Shown: positions 1-10,700, counted from the stretch's first letter. The stretch: 64,000 nucleotides of DNA from Nanobdellati archaeon (GCA_019429005.1 JAHYJR010000003.1:7961-71960); one strand, 5' to 3'. Program-made: numbers and translations. Notes: generated from the letters alone by a model not told the origin.

Positions 1-643
1 AAAACAAATAATTAGTATAACAAATCTTGACAAAGATATTAAGATACATTATGAATTCACATCAGAAGAAAATCCAATAATTATCAAAAATATAATAGAC
101 AAAATTTTAAAACATACAGACAGTCTTGGTTGTAACGAAAGAGAACTCTGCATATTGCTTGAAAACATAAACAAAAAAAATATCGCAAAATATATAAAAG
201 AAATGAATTACAGTTCACCATCACTAATTTCAGGTGCAATGGCCGTTGCAAAAAAACTTAATATGAAAAGAATACATGTCCATAACTTAAACTATTTCCT
301 TTGTATCACAAGCAAAGATTATGGAATACCTCCAAAAGAAATCCGTACAGCTCTTCTTTATTCAGCTGAAGCAGTAATTACAAGATCAATAAAACAATCT
401 CTCAATAATATAAACGATATAGAAATAAACTTAAAACATGAAATCTCCGAAAAAGGTCTAAACGAAATTAAAAATGCATCTATGTTCCTTGGCAAAGACA
501 TGTCAGAAGGATACGTAGAACTTGAAGATTATAACATAAATATGATACCAACAAAACTTGCAGAGCATATAAAAACAACTGTCGGTCTTGGCGACATAGT
601 CTCATCTACAGCATTCTTTGGAGATATAGTTAAGACAAAATGA
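1..643 (+). CDS. ADP-dependent sugar kinase (ADP-GK/ADP-PFK family), C-terminal part. The gene starts upstream of the window.
   Basis: Frame is open from nt 2 (no stop before the listed Met at 155). It contains an NExEL-like motif (SLGCNEREL) and a C-terminal TVGLGDIVSSTAF motif (GxGD, ribokinase-superfamily anion hole). Stop TGA at 641-643. Confidence 0.5.
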   Translation, partial: KQIISITNLDKDIKIHYEFTSEENPIIIKNIIDKILKHTDSLGCNERELCILLENINKKNIAKYIKEMNYSSPSLISGAMAVAKKLNMKRIHVHNLNYFLCITSKDYGIPPKEIRTALLYSAEAVITRSIKQSLNNINDIEINLKHEISEKGLNEIKNASMFLGKDMSEGYVELEDYNINMIPTKLAEHIKTTVGLGDIVSSTAFFGDIVKTK

Positions 644-1189
644 TTAATCCAAACTAAAACCATTCTTAAAATTCCATTCAAGCGGATTATTAAGATAATC
701 CTTATAATTACCAACACATAAAGAATCAGTTTTACCAGAAACCACACCATAAACTAAAAAATTATCACGTTTTACCATAGAATGTAATTTAACACTAATA
801 GATTCAAGAGCCTTTTCAGCACCAAAACTATAATCAACAACACTAATTATATCTGTAACTTCTAAAGAATTATTTCTCAATGTTTCAATAGCTTTAATAG
901 ATGAAACTCCTGAATTAGTAACATCTTCAAACACAAAAGCATTTTAACCCTCTGAGATATAAGACTTATTAAGACCTATAACACTATCATTTTTAACATA
1001 ATCTTTTGAAACTCCACGAACAGATAATAAAGGTAATCCCAATCTATCAGAAAGACTTGTAGCAAACGGCACACTACCTGCAACAACACCAGCAACACAA
1101 TCAAAACTAAAATATTTAACAATATTATAAGCAAGATTGACAACAAATCGTCTCTCTGTTATACGCCCTGAAAGGTCCTTAAAATGCAC
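644..1189 (-). pseudogene. pyrE: Orotate phosphoribosyltransferase-like type I PRTase, interrupted by one in-frame TAA (nt 944-946)
   Basis: ORFs 944..1189 and 644..934 are in the same frame, separated only by TAA plus 3 codons. The N-terminal part has DCVAGVVAGSVPFATSLSDRLGLPLLSVRG. The C-terminal part has the PRPP loop FVFEDVTNSGVS and a VVDYSFGAEKAL...KLHS tail typical of OPRTase. Reading TAA as AAA gives the canonical EGKNLFVFEDV. Confidence 0.55.
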
Positions 1190-1355
1190 ATAAAAAGGAC
1201 TCTTATAACCCTAAGCATAAACAAAAGGTTCTGAAACCTATAAATTCCTAATCTCTATAACACCTGTATCCCACAAGATATCATATAATCATCCATTATA
1301 ACAATAAGAATTTACCATATAAACCAATTTCAAATTAATATTAAACTATAATTTA

Positions 1356-1580
1356 TTACTGTATTCCATACATAAAATAAAATACAACATAAACTATAAT
1401 TACAAATGCTAATACAAAAACAATAAAATCAAATATAAAACCATAACGATTTTTCATTTTATATAGTCTTTTCAATGTGCATCGTAATGATTTATAAGAT
1501 CTGACAGGGATATTAAAAATATAAATAATGAAATCATAAAAATAATCCAAAATATTTTTATAATGTATCTTAACAATCAT
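1356..1580 (-). CDS. Small membrane protein. The frame continues upstream to nt 1703 and encodes a C4 zinc ribbon (CNHC...CPRC) without a canonical start codon.
   Basis: ATG at 1580-1578 is followed by a strongly hydrophobic TM segment. Upstream in frame (1581-1703) reads KSVSKPNYRCNHCDYEWHFGFKHSTPKFCPRCYKK. This begins 2 nt after the stop of the upstream gene. Confidence 0.3.
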   Translation of the reverse strand: MIVKIHYKNILDYFYDFIIYIFNIPVRSYKSLRCTLKRLYKMKNRYGFIFDFIVFVLAFVIIVYVVFYFMYGIQ

Positions 1581-1708
1581 TTTCTTATAACATCTAGGAC
1601 AAAATTTTGGAGTACTATGTTTAAAACCAAAATGCCATTCATAATCACAATGATTACATCTATAATTAGGTTTTGAAACCGACTTTTTGATAACAATCCC
1701 CTTTTAAT

Positions 1709-3424
1709 TTATTTAGAATTCTCAACTGAATCTTTTGACGGTTCTATTCCAGTACCGTGTAATTCCTTTAATTTATAATAATTAGCTCTAACTAAATCAT
1801 AAACCTCATCAATCTTAGGATATGACTTTTTCTTAAGTTCAGCATATTCATTTAAAATATCCTGATATAAAGACTGTGTTTTACCTATATCCTTAGCATC
1901 TACCGCCTTATCAAAATCAGACATCAATGAATCAATCTTTGCTTTATCAGCATCATTATCAACAACTGGTACCGATTCAGACCCATCTGTAACTTCTTGC
2001 GTCTCACCTTCAGACTCTTCCACCTTTTTACTTTCAGCATCAGAAGGTAATGGTGTTTCAGATGAACTTTGGATTATATTATCTGATGATTGTATATTTT
2101 CATATAATGCTTTGATTGAAGAATAAATTACATGAACTCTTGGATTCTTATCATTCTGTAATTGTTTATAAATATCAATAACCCGTAAATATAACGTTTT
2201 TGCCAAAATTGTATTTCTTTCAGCTAATGCATTATTTGCTTGTGTAAGCATACCATATATATCCGTTTCAACTTGATCTAAGGATGGTATTAATGGCACA
2301 ACAGGTATATCTTTAGGCATAACTTGATTCGTACTTATAGCAAATTTAGGTGCTGTTTTCTCAACATGAATATGATGCTGTTTCTCAACCTCAAGCAATG
2401 CTTTTCCAATATCTTCAATAGAATGTTCAACTTCGTTATATTTATCAGATATATCTTCAACAGATTTCTGTTTTTTTTCAATATCTACAAGATTTAATGT
2501 CATCTCTGACAATTTAAGCATAATATTATCAACAGAACTCTTAAGCAAAGCAGTACCTTTAGTATAATCATCTTTAGTCACAAGACTTTTGGATTTAGTA
2601 TCAAGAGAATCAATTTCAGATGTAAGATCATTTACAATACCATCAATATTATCAATCTTTTCTTGAGATTCTATCAATCTTGAAATCCTATCAGAAATAT
2701 CAGAATATAAACCTTCAACTTTTGCAGCCATACGACCTGTATATTGCTTATCCTCTTCAAGCTTTTTAACCTGATCACGAATTTTACCATAAACATCTGC
2801 AAGATTCTCAAAACTTCGTATCTTTGACATCTGTTCACGATATGCTTTTAACTCAGTTTTAATAGTATCAACAAAAATACTAACCTTTTCAATCTTTACA
2901 GTATTATCAATAATCATTTTTTCTTTCTCATTAAACAATTTCTCAATGCGCTGTGGATCAAAACTTCGAGCCATATCACTTATTTTTTCATAACCCATCT
3001 GTATTGAATTAAATGTCTTTTCACGATCAAGAATCATAGACCTAAGTTCTCCAATCTCTTCAGTAAGCATAGATATACGCTCATTTAATGCATCTCTAGT
3101 ACCAACCTCAGCCTCAAGCTTACCTTCAAGCTTCTCAACCTTTAATGTCATATCATCTAGACTTTTTGATAAAATAAATACTTTTGAATATAAATCATCC
3201 TTAGGGACTGATAATTCTTCTTCAACTTTATCAGAAGTGTCCTCTTTCTTTTTACCAAAAATCTTATCCATAAGACCTTCTTTTTTTCCAAAATCAATTT
3301 CAATTTTATTGAAATCATCTGATGTAAGGATATCTGATTCTCGCTCATCAGTATTAGTTTCTTTAGAATCCGCTGCAGACTCATCTTTTTTAATCTTATC
3401 TGCATCATCAGCCATACATACCAC
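1709..3424 (-). CDS. Acidic coiled-coil protein (571 aa), cytoplasmic, function unknown
   Basis: Long ORF with long heptad-like, charged stretches and an acidic N- and C-terminus. No TM segment. It is co-directional with and 133 nt downstream of the ATPase-fused surface-protein gene. Confidence 0.6.
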   Translation of the reverse strand: MVCMADDADKIKKDESAADSKETNTDERESDILTSDDFNKIEIDFGKKEGLMDKIFGKKKEDTSDKVEEELSVPKDDLYSKVFILSKSLDDMTLKVEKLEGKLEAEVGTRDALNERISMLTEEIGELRSMILDREKTFNSIQMGYEKISDMARSFDPQRIEKLFNEKEKMIIDNTVKIEKVSIFVDTIKTELKAYREQMSKIRSFENLADVYGKIRDQVKKLEEDKQYTGRMAAKVEGLYSDISDRISRLIESQEKIDNIDGIVNDLTSEIDSLDTKSKSLVTKDDYTKGTALLKSSVDNIMLKLSEMTLNLVDIEKKQKSVEDISDKYNEVEHSIEDIGKALLEVEKQHHIHVEKTAPKFAISTNQVMPKDIPVVPLIPSLDQVETDIYGMLTQANNALAERNTILAKTLYLRVIDIYKQLQNDKNPRVHVIYSSIKALYENIQSSDNIIQSSSETPLPSDAESKKVEESEGETQEVTDGSESVPVVDNDADKAKIDSLMSDFDKAVDAKDIGKTQSLYQDILNEYAELKKKSYPKIDEVYDLVRANYYKLKELHGTGIEPSKDSVENSK

Positions 3425-3557
3425 ATAAAAAGAGATACTTATAACTATTTATATAAGACAATATATATAATTAACTAAAAAAGGTGCTACAACGGTATTA
3501 TATACACAAAATAAACGAATTTAAAACACGATTATACTTTTAAAAAGCAATAAAACC

Positions 3558-6500
3558 TTATTTTTTCTGAAGTTTCAAAACATTATCTTTCAAAGTATTT
3601 ATATAAATTTCAGCCATCCTAAACCGACCTTCTTTCAATTTATCTTTTGCTAATTTTAATTCAAGCAAGATATCGGACACATCAATACCTTTTGCTTCAA
3701 GATCATTAATATCCTTTTCAAGAGCCTCTAATACTTTAGCAAAAGCATAATATTGATTAAGATCTTCTTCAGGTATTTTATGGGGACTATGCAATGTTGG
3801 CCTAAAACTGACAAACCATGGCTTACCATCATTATAATGCGGATTTTGTATCATAGCAGTACCGATTGCTTCTCTAGAAATTCTACGTGCAAATTCCTCA
3901 CCGTACTTACTTTTAATTTTATTTATATCTTCCATACTTTTTGTATTAAGTTGGATTTCACTAAGGATATTACCTGCAACAGCCTCTTTAAAATCAGCAG
4001 ATACCTGAGACACCATTATAAGACCAATACCCCATTTACGAAATTCACGACATGCTTTTTCAAGAGCGATATATCCACCTTTACCACCATATTTTTCTAA
4101 AAGCCTATGAACTTCATCAAACACAATCAAAAGACGCATCTCGGGAGATTCATCCCAATGCATTGCAAAAATAGTATCAACAATTTTCATCACAGCCTGA
4201 TCATATTCACCTGGACCAAGCTTATTCAAATTAAAAACTGTAACTTCACCAGGATTCATATATTTCTTAAAATCAACTTCAACATCAGGCGAATCTACAT
4301 CAAAAATCATACCTTTAAAGGGTTTTGCATCTTCAAGATTCATATTGAAATCAGCATATTTTGAAGTTAAATTTACATCTTTACAAGCTTTTACAAATCC
4401 TGTCCATTGACTTGTTGGATCAAATATAACAACAGGTATTTTTTTAAGAAGTGCCTCTTCAACAAATATACTTGCAGTAACACTCTTACCACTACCAGTA
4501 CTCCCTGCAACAAGCATATGGGTTGTAATGTCATCAGGATTATACCACGCTTTGATATCAGTTTCTGCAATTTTTCCAATACTAAGTGCTCTTTCAGATT
4601 TCATTGGAAGTTTAGTATAATCCAAAGGAAATACATATCTTGCCTTATCTTTTTTACGTTTTGCAAACCATTTACGAACATACCACATTCCACCCCCTAA
4701 TATTATTGAGAATAATAAGAAGGTTGATGTCATTATACGGTCTTTTGTCCAGAATACAAGAAAGACATTGAATGATTTAAAAGTACTACCTATCTCCTCA
4801 CCATTATAAAGCGCATAAATTTCCATCACATAATTACCTTCAGGAAGTCCAAAATCGGGTATTGAAAATGATTGAATCGTTGAATTAGAAGATTTTAAAA
4901 ACATTGTTGAATTAAAAGATGCAAAGATGTCATCTGAATCTATTTTTTTTACATTATATATTAATGTAAGCTCAAAACTCTCCATATAACCATTATTATA
5001 AGCTGTAAGCTGTATTTTCATTTCTTCTTCAATATTAAGGTTTGAAGGCAAAAGATCCATTGACATAGTTATTAAAGAAACCTTGTCAACAGAAACAAAC
5101 AATGAAATTGGAACACGTGTCATTTTACCATCTGCATCAAAAATAAGATTTCCAGAATATACACCAGGAACAGCATCAATAGGTACCGAAATTTTCAATA
5201 TGTTTGAAACTTTACTCTTATTATCAATAGATTGTGTAACAGATTTAAAAGAAACAAATTCTTCAATATTTTTACTTGCTGTTACCCTAAGAATATATAT
5301 TTTTTCGTCCATATTATTTAATATAGTAAAATTAAAAATCTGTTTAGACCCTGGTGTTATCACAATTTCAGATAATGGTAGATTGACCGAAACAGCACCG
5401 ATAAGACAATCCATAGGACAGTTCTGCTTACTTTCATCAGTTTCACAAATATAATTACCACAATATGTTGTATAACAATCATCTATACAGGTTAATTCTT
5501 CTCCAGGCTCACACACACGATTACCGCATACAGCACAATCTTCAGGACAGTTAATACCATCCTCACCAAAACCACAGACCCTATCACCACAATAAGATTT
5601 TGATCCGCCAGATGAATAAGGAGGCACTATTGGTACTTCTTCTTTATCTTGACTAGATGTTGTCTCTTGAGACACAACAAACGCAGAACTGAAGGTCAGA
5701 TTATTTCCACCAAGATATGTAAAGATTATCTTATTAATTGAATCAACAACAGTATCTTTAGATACCCATATAATATCATATAACCAATCATCATTAAAAG
5801 GAAGCAAACAATTTCCTAAAGGACATTCAAATATTGTTGTCTTCAATGTTTGTACAAACGGATTATTTGAAAAATTAAGATATATAGAGGAATTATCATA
5901 AGGCCTATCTGAACTAAAAGCAAGACCAATTAATTTTTTATCTGTATACACATCAGGAAGATATGCTTCACTAAGAGATGGCCTTAAACTAATATTATTA
6001 TAAATCGATTGAAGATAAAGTGGATTCGTTATATTTGATGTGAAATTAAAAAAATCCATATTATTAAATTTAATCCTATGCACATCATTAATTGTCTGAA
6101 GCGTAACAATTGATAATACATCATAACCTCTAGAATAAATTATATCTGAAATATTTGCACTTGAACTATTAAAACTAAAATTATAAACTAATTGATCATC
6201 TACAAAATTTGTACCAGGACGATATAAATACAATTTGCTAGACATATAATTACCGAGAATTTCTGAAGGATACTGATACAATGTTGTAGTTTTTGGCTCA
6301 GAAATAACAAACATATGCGATACATTTGATTGAAACGAAGCATTTGTGATATTACCAGAAACAATATTGCCTGACGTTATATTTACCGAACTTACCAATA
6401 TATTCCAACTACCAATACAATATTCTGAGGACACATTCCAAGAAGAACATTCAAAAAATTCTATGGCTTTAGGATTATCACCACCCGTAATATTTGAATT

Positions 6501-7727
6501 ATGCATATAACCCATAGATATTTTTACAGAAGAATATTCAAAATAATTCTTAGATAAAATTGCAGATACAGTATAATTCAAATAAGACACATTATCAGAA
6601 ATATCTATATTATCTATAGACACATTATCAAAATAAACTGAATCAATTATCTCACTAGCACCATCACCACCTTTAATATTTGCAGATTCAGTAAGATTGA
6701 CATCATAAAAACTAAATAAATAAGATTGACCATTATGTAAAACTGAAATAACTATATCATAAACAGCTTTCCGAGCAGTATCATTATATGATGTATTTGA
6801 TGAGATAATACTATACAATTCTTTTGAAGTTCCCGGTCTATAAAATGTAAAATTTATATATACCTCACTGCTTACATTTTGAAACTCACTGATATTCCCA
6901 AGAAAATGAAGCGGAAAATATGCTTCAAACCATTCTGAATCCGAAATAACATTCCCACTTGTGTCTACACCATACAACACAATATCATACTCACCAATTA
7001 CAGAAACATTATAATCTATAACCCATAACCCTCCAGAATCAGATAAATTAATAATTGATTGAAATGATGTATTCTGAAAATCATAATTAATCTCAGCCCA
7101 AACATAAGATACATTAATATTATCTGTAACATTTGCAATAATTGTTATATTCTCATAAATATTTACAGAACGGTTCACAGCTAAAGACTGTATCACTGGT
7201 AATATATTATCATATAACGTAGACACAACAGTATTACTATCCATATAACTAACATTATCTGCCGTATTTAGAAACCATGTAAAATTACCTATTTTATTTG
7301 GAGTAAAAGCATCAAACCAAACATCTAAAGATTGTCCTTCAGTAAGATTACCTGTTGTAGTATTACATATAATAACTGCAACATTAATGCCAGTATCATT
7401 TTGAGAAAAACAAGACCAATTTACATTAGATATATTTATTGTAGATTGATTAACTAAAAAATAAGAATAACTCGAACCATTTTGAGGAACATTTATTACA
7501 ATCTCATAAATTGTATCATTTGAACCTACACCATTTGTCACACCAAAATTAAATAAAGCAGATGTATTTACAAGAACAGAAGTACTGCCACCATTAATCT
7601 CAAAAGAAACATCTGAACTATGCAAAGCATACACAGACGATATAAACACAAGATTAATTAAAACTAAAAAAAAACTTATACTAAAAAGAGCTTTAAAAAA
7701 TATAGAACATCTATTTTTAGTATTCAT
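3558..7727 (-). CDS. Large type-I membrane surface protein (about 1,390 aa) with a C-terminal cytoplasmic HerA/FtsK/VirB4-superfamily P-loop ATPase domain. Paralog of the C-terminus of the upstream giant gene.
   Basis: ATG at 7727 with SD AGGTG (plus-strand cacct, 7737-7741) 10 nt upstream. The listed ORF start at 7739 is GTG. Signal peptide FFKALFSISFFLVLINLVFISSVYA. The ectodomain is dense in N-x-S/T sequons. Triple Cys module (YCGDRVCGFGEDGINCPEDC / AVCGNRVCEPGEELTCIDDC / YCGNYICETDESKQNCPMDC, about nt 5403-5600). TM helix FLLFSIILGGGMWYV (about nt 4688-4740). Then Walker A VAGSTGSGKS, Walker B LLIVFDEVH, and FRKWGIGLIMVSQVSADF. Confidence 0.85.
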   Translation of the reverse strand: MNTKNRCSIFFKALFSISFFLVLINLVFISSVYALHSSDVSFEINGGSTSVLVNTSALFNFGVTNGVGSNDTIYEIVINVPQNGSSYSYFLVNQSTINISNVNWSCFSQNDTGINVAVIICNTTTGNLTEGQSLDVWFDAFTPNKIGNFTWFLNTADNVSYMDSNTVVSTLYDNILPVIQSLAVNRSVNIYENITIIANVTDNINVSYVWAEINYDFQNTSFQSIINLSDSGGLWVIDYNVSVIGEYDIVLYGVDTSGNVISDSEWFEAYFPLHFLGNISEFQNVSSEVYINFTFYRPGTSKELYSIISSNTSYNDTARKAVYDIVISVLHNGQSYLFSFYDVNLTESANIKGGDGASEIIDSVYFDNVSIDNIDISDNVSYLNYTVSAILSKNYFEYSSVKISMGYMHNSNITGGDNPKAIEFFECSSWNVSSEYCIGSWNILVSSVNITSGNIVSGNITNASFQSNVSHMFVISEPKTTTLYQYPSEILGNYMSSKLYLYRPGTNFVDDQLVYNFSFNSSSANISDIIYSRGYDVLSIVTLQTINDVHRIKFNNMDFFNFTSNITNPLYLQSIYNNISLRPSLSEAYLPDVYTDKKLIGLAFSSDRPYDNSSIYLNFSNNPFVQTLKTTIFECPLGNCLLPFNDDWLYDIIWVSKDTVVDSINKIIFTYLGGNNLTFSSAFVVSQETTSSQDKEEVPIVPPYSSGGSKSYCGDRVCGFGEDGINCPEDCAVCGNRVCEPGEELTCIDDCYTTYCGNYICETDESKQNCPMDCLIGAVSVNLPLSEIVITPGSKQIFNFTILNNMDEKIYILRVTASKNIEEFVSFKSVTQSIDNKSKVSNILKISVPIDAVPGVYSGNLIFDADGKMTRVPISLFVSVDKVSLITMSMDLLPSNLNIEEEMKIQLTAYNNGYMESFELTLIYNVKKIDSDDIFASFNSTMFLKSSNSTIQSFSIPDFGLPEGNYVMEIYALYNGEEIGSTFKSFNVFLVFWTKDRIMTSTFLLFSIILGGGMWYVRKWFAKRKKDKARYVFPLDYTKLPMKSERALSIGKIAETDIKAWYNPDDITTHMLVAGSTGSGKSVTASIFVEEALLKKIPVVIFDPTSQWTGFVKACKDVNLTSKYADFNMNLEDAKPFKGMIFDVDSPDVEVDFKKYMNPGEVTVFNLNKLGPGEYDQAVMKIVDTIFAMHWDESPEMRLLIVFDEVHRLLEKYGGKGGYIALEKACREFRKWGIGLIMVSQVSADFKEAVAGNILSEIQLNTKSMEDINKIKSKYGEEFARRISREAIGTAMIQNPHYNDGKPWFVSFRPTLHSPHKIPEEDLNQYYAFAKVLEALEKDINDLEAKGIDVSDILLELKLAKDKLKEGRFRMAEIYINTLKDNVLKLQKK

Positions 7728-7731
7728 ATAT

Positions 7732-10700
7732 CTATACACCTAACTTAGTTAGATTTTCAGCAAGAGAATTGATATATATTTCGGCCATCCTAAATCTACC
7801 TTCTTTAAGTTTATCTCTTGCAAGTTTTAATTCAAGACGTATATCTGAAACATCCTTACCTTTCTCTGAAAGGATATCAATCTTAATTTCAAGATTATCA
7901 AGTTTTGTAGTAAATTCTTTATACCTATTAAGATCTTCTTCAGGTATCCTATGTGGACTATGCATTGTAGGCCTGAAATTAACAAACCATGGTTTACCAT
8001 CATTATATTTAGGATTCTGAACCATAGCAACCCCAATAGCTTGCCTTGATATCCTCTCAGCAAATTCACTACCATACTTGCTTTCAATTTTATTTATATC
8101 CTCTATACTCTTTGTATTAAGCTGTATTTCTGTAAGAATATTACCTGCAACAGCCTCTTTGAAATCTGCAGAAACCTGAGAAACCATTATAAGACCAATT
8201 CCCCATTTACGGAATTCACGACAAGCTTTCTCAAGAGCAACATATCCACCTTTACCACCATACTTTTCTAAAAGTCTATGAACTTCATCAAACACTAAGA
8301 ACAATTTAAGATCTGCAGATTCTTCCCAAGTCTCCTTAAATATTTTAGCAATAATTCTCATAACAGCTTGATCATACTCACCAGCTTTAAGCTTATCAAG
8401 ATTAAATACAGTAATCTCACCAGGATTCATATATTTCTTGAAATCAACATCAACATCAGGTGTTTCAACATCATATATAAGTCCTTTAAATGGCCGTGCA
8501 TCTGAAGGTTTCATATTAAAGTTAGAATATTTTGAAGTCAAATTTACATCTTTACAAGCCTTCACAAATCCAGTCCACTGACTTGTAGGATCAAACACAA
8601 CAACAGGTATCTTCTTAAGAAGAGCTTCTTCAACAAATACGCTCGCAGTAACACTCTTACCACTACCTGTACTCCCTGCAACAAGTATATGTGTTGTTAT
8701 GTCAGTTGGATTAAACCAAGCTTTAATATTTGTCTCTGCAACTTTTCCAATATCAAAATTAGTTTCAGATTTCATTGGAAGTTTAGTATAATCAACTGGG
8801 AAAACATACCTTGCTTTACTCTTCTTCTGTTTCTGATACCATGTGTATATATACCATGTAAGCATTACAGTTGACAATAAGATAATCCAATATCCAACGA
8901 TTCTGATTCTCATTGTATTCCAAAATGGTTTCATAATTGTAAATGCACTTGTAGCTGAAGCCATACGATTACCTTCATAAGTAATTATTGCTTCAACAAA
9001 ATAATTGCCATTCTCTAACTCAAGCTCTTCAAGAGCTATAATATTAATTGACGAATTTGACGAAATAACATTAAGATTTTCTGAAAAATTATAAACCATT
9101 TCAGAATTAAAATCTTTGATAAGATACAATACATCAACATTAAAATTCTGCTTAAAACCTTTATTATATATAATTATTTGAGTCTTAAGAGTACTATCAA
9201 CAGTCACTTCTTTAGGCATAACATCAAATACAACATCAAGGAATCCTGCACCACTATATGTTACAACAAGCCTAACAGGCATCCTCTTAACAAAACCATC
9301 ACCATCTAAAAGAATATCTCCTGAATAGGTACCTATTTTGGTCTTATTGCTAACTTGTAAAAATGCCCTATTTGAAACAGTATCTCTTGATAACAATGAC
9401 GTTTTAGCTAACTCAAACCGTATGAATGGTTTCAAATTATCAGACACATCAAAAACAAACTCACCAATATCAAGATCCATATTATTTGTCACTTCAAATG
9501 GATATGTTCTAGATTCGCCTGGATATAATATTACATCATTCAAATCAGTCTCAACACTGAAAGGTCCTTCAACACAATCAATTTCACAATTATTTTCATT
9601 TTCACCAATATCACAGATATAATTACCACAATATGAAAAGACACAATCTGAGAAACATGTGAATTCCTCACCAAATTCGCAAATACTATTACCACAGACA
9701 GCACAATCTTCAGCACAATTAAAACCATTCTCACCAGCAGTACAACTACCATCACCACACACATTAAGTGTTCCAGCTGTACTTGCCCCACTAGTTGAAG
9801 GCATAACAGCTTGCTTAAAACAAGAACCACAATATTCAACAGCAGCATATGCAGATGTCTGACTAGATACATAACTAATCTTATTATTAATCATATCAAC
9901 ATAACTTTCATTATCAACTGAAATAACTCCTGATTCTACACTTTGTTTCTTTATCCAACCTGATGAACACACACCACTCTGAATATCCCAATTAGCACAA
10001 CGATACATATCAATATTACCTTCGTAACTGATTGATTTTCCTGAATTTGAATAATCAAGAACAATTGTCATATTTGAAAAGATCATATCTGTATGCACAG
10101 ATATGGATGAAAGAGCTCCAATCTCAGCTGTCCTTTCAGGTAAAGATAATATAGACGGATCAACATAACCAATAAAGAATGGTGACTCAACAGATGTTGT
10201 ATTTATAAAACTTACATTACTAAATAATGCACTCCCATCAAAAGCACTAAGCTTAACATCATATAATCTCTGTCGCATAGTCTTATTATAAACCGCCGTA
10301 GAACTATTTTGTTCTAAACTTGAAAAATGATCAAGAACTAGATTTGTACCAGGTCTATAAAATACAAAATTAACAGCAATAGGAATAGCCGAGATATAAC
10401 TATTTGCACCATAATCTGTACTATAACCATTAAATCTTAATTCAGGATAAACATCAAAAATGCCCATCTCTTGAGACAAAAGACCATTAGTATCATTTGT
10501 AAAAAAGATAACATCGTAATCACCATAACCATATGTCTTATCAAACATAGCATCCCAACTATTTCCTGAAGATACATTAAATTGAGGTATATTATATCTT
10601 ACAGATGTAGGCTGGTATGATATATTAAGGTCATCAATCCAAACACTGCCTTCATTTGATGATACATTTAAAATTGCAGTACAGTTCCCAACAGATGTTA

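Noticed and set aside
529-750. 73-aa minus-strand ORF spanning the convergent junction of the kinase and pyrE-like genes
   Set aside because: It overlaps two better-supported genes on their antisense strands. Its hydrophobic, low-complexity translation suggests an artefact.
944-946. In-frame TAA in the pyrE-like gene as evidence for stop-codon reassignment
   Set aside because: TAA is completely absent from the 36.4-kb, 6.3-kb and 4.2-kb ORFs, and these end with canonical stops. TAA clearly terminates translation here. A local mutation or error is the simpler explanation.
3157-3428. 89-aa and 63-aa ORFs overlapping the 5' end of the coiled-coil gene
   Set aside because: They are alternative frames and antisense of a 571-aa ORF. 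Their Lys/Leu- or Ser-rich low-complexity translations are characteristic of frame artefacts.
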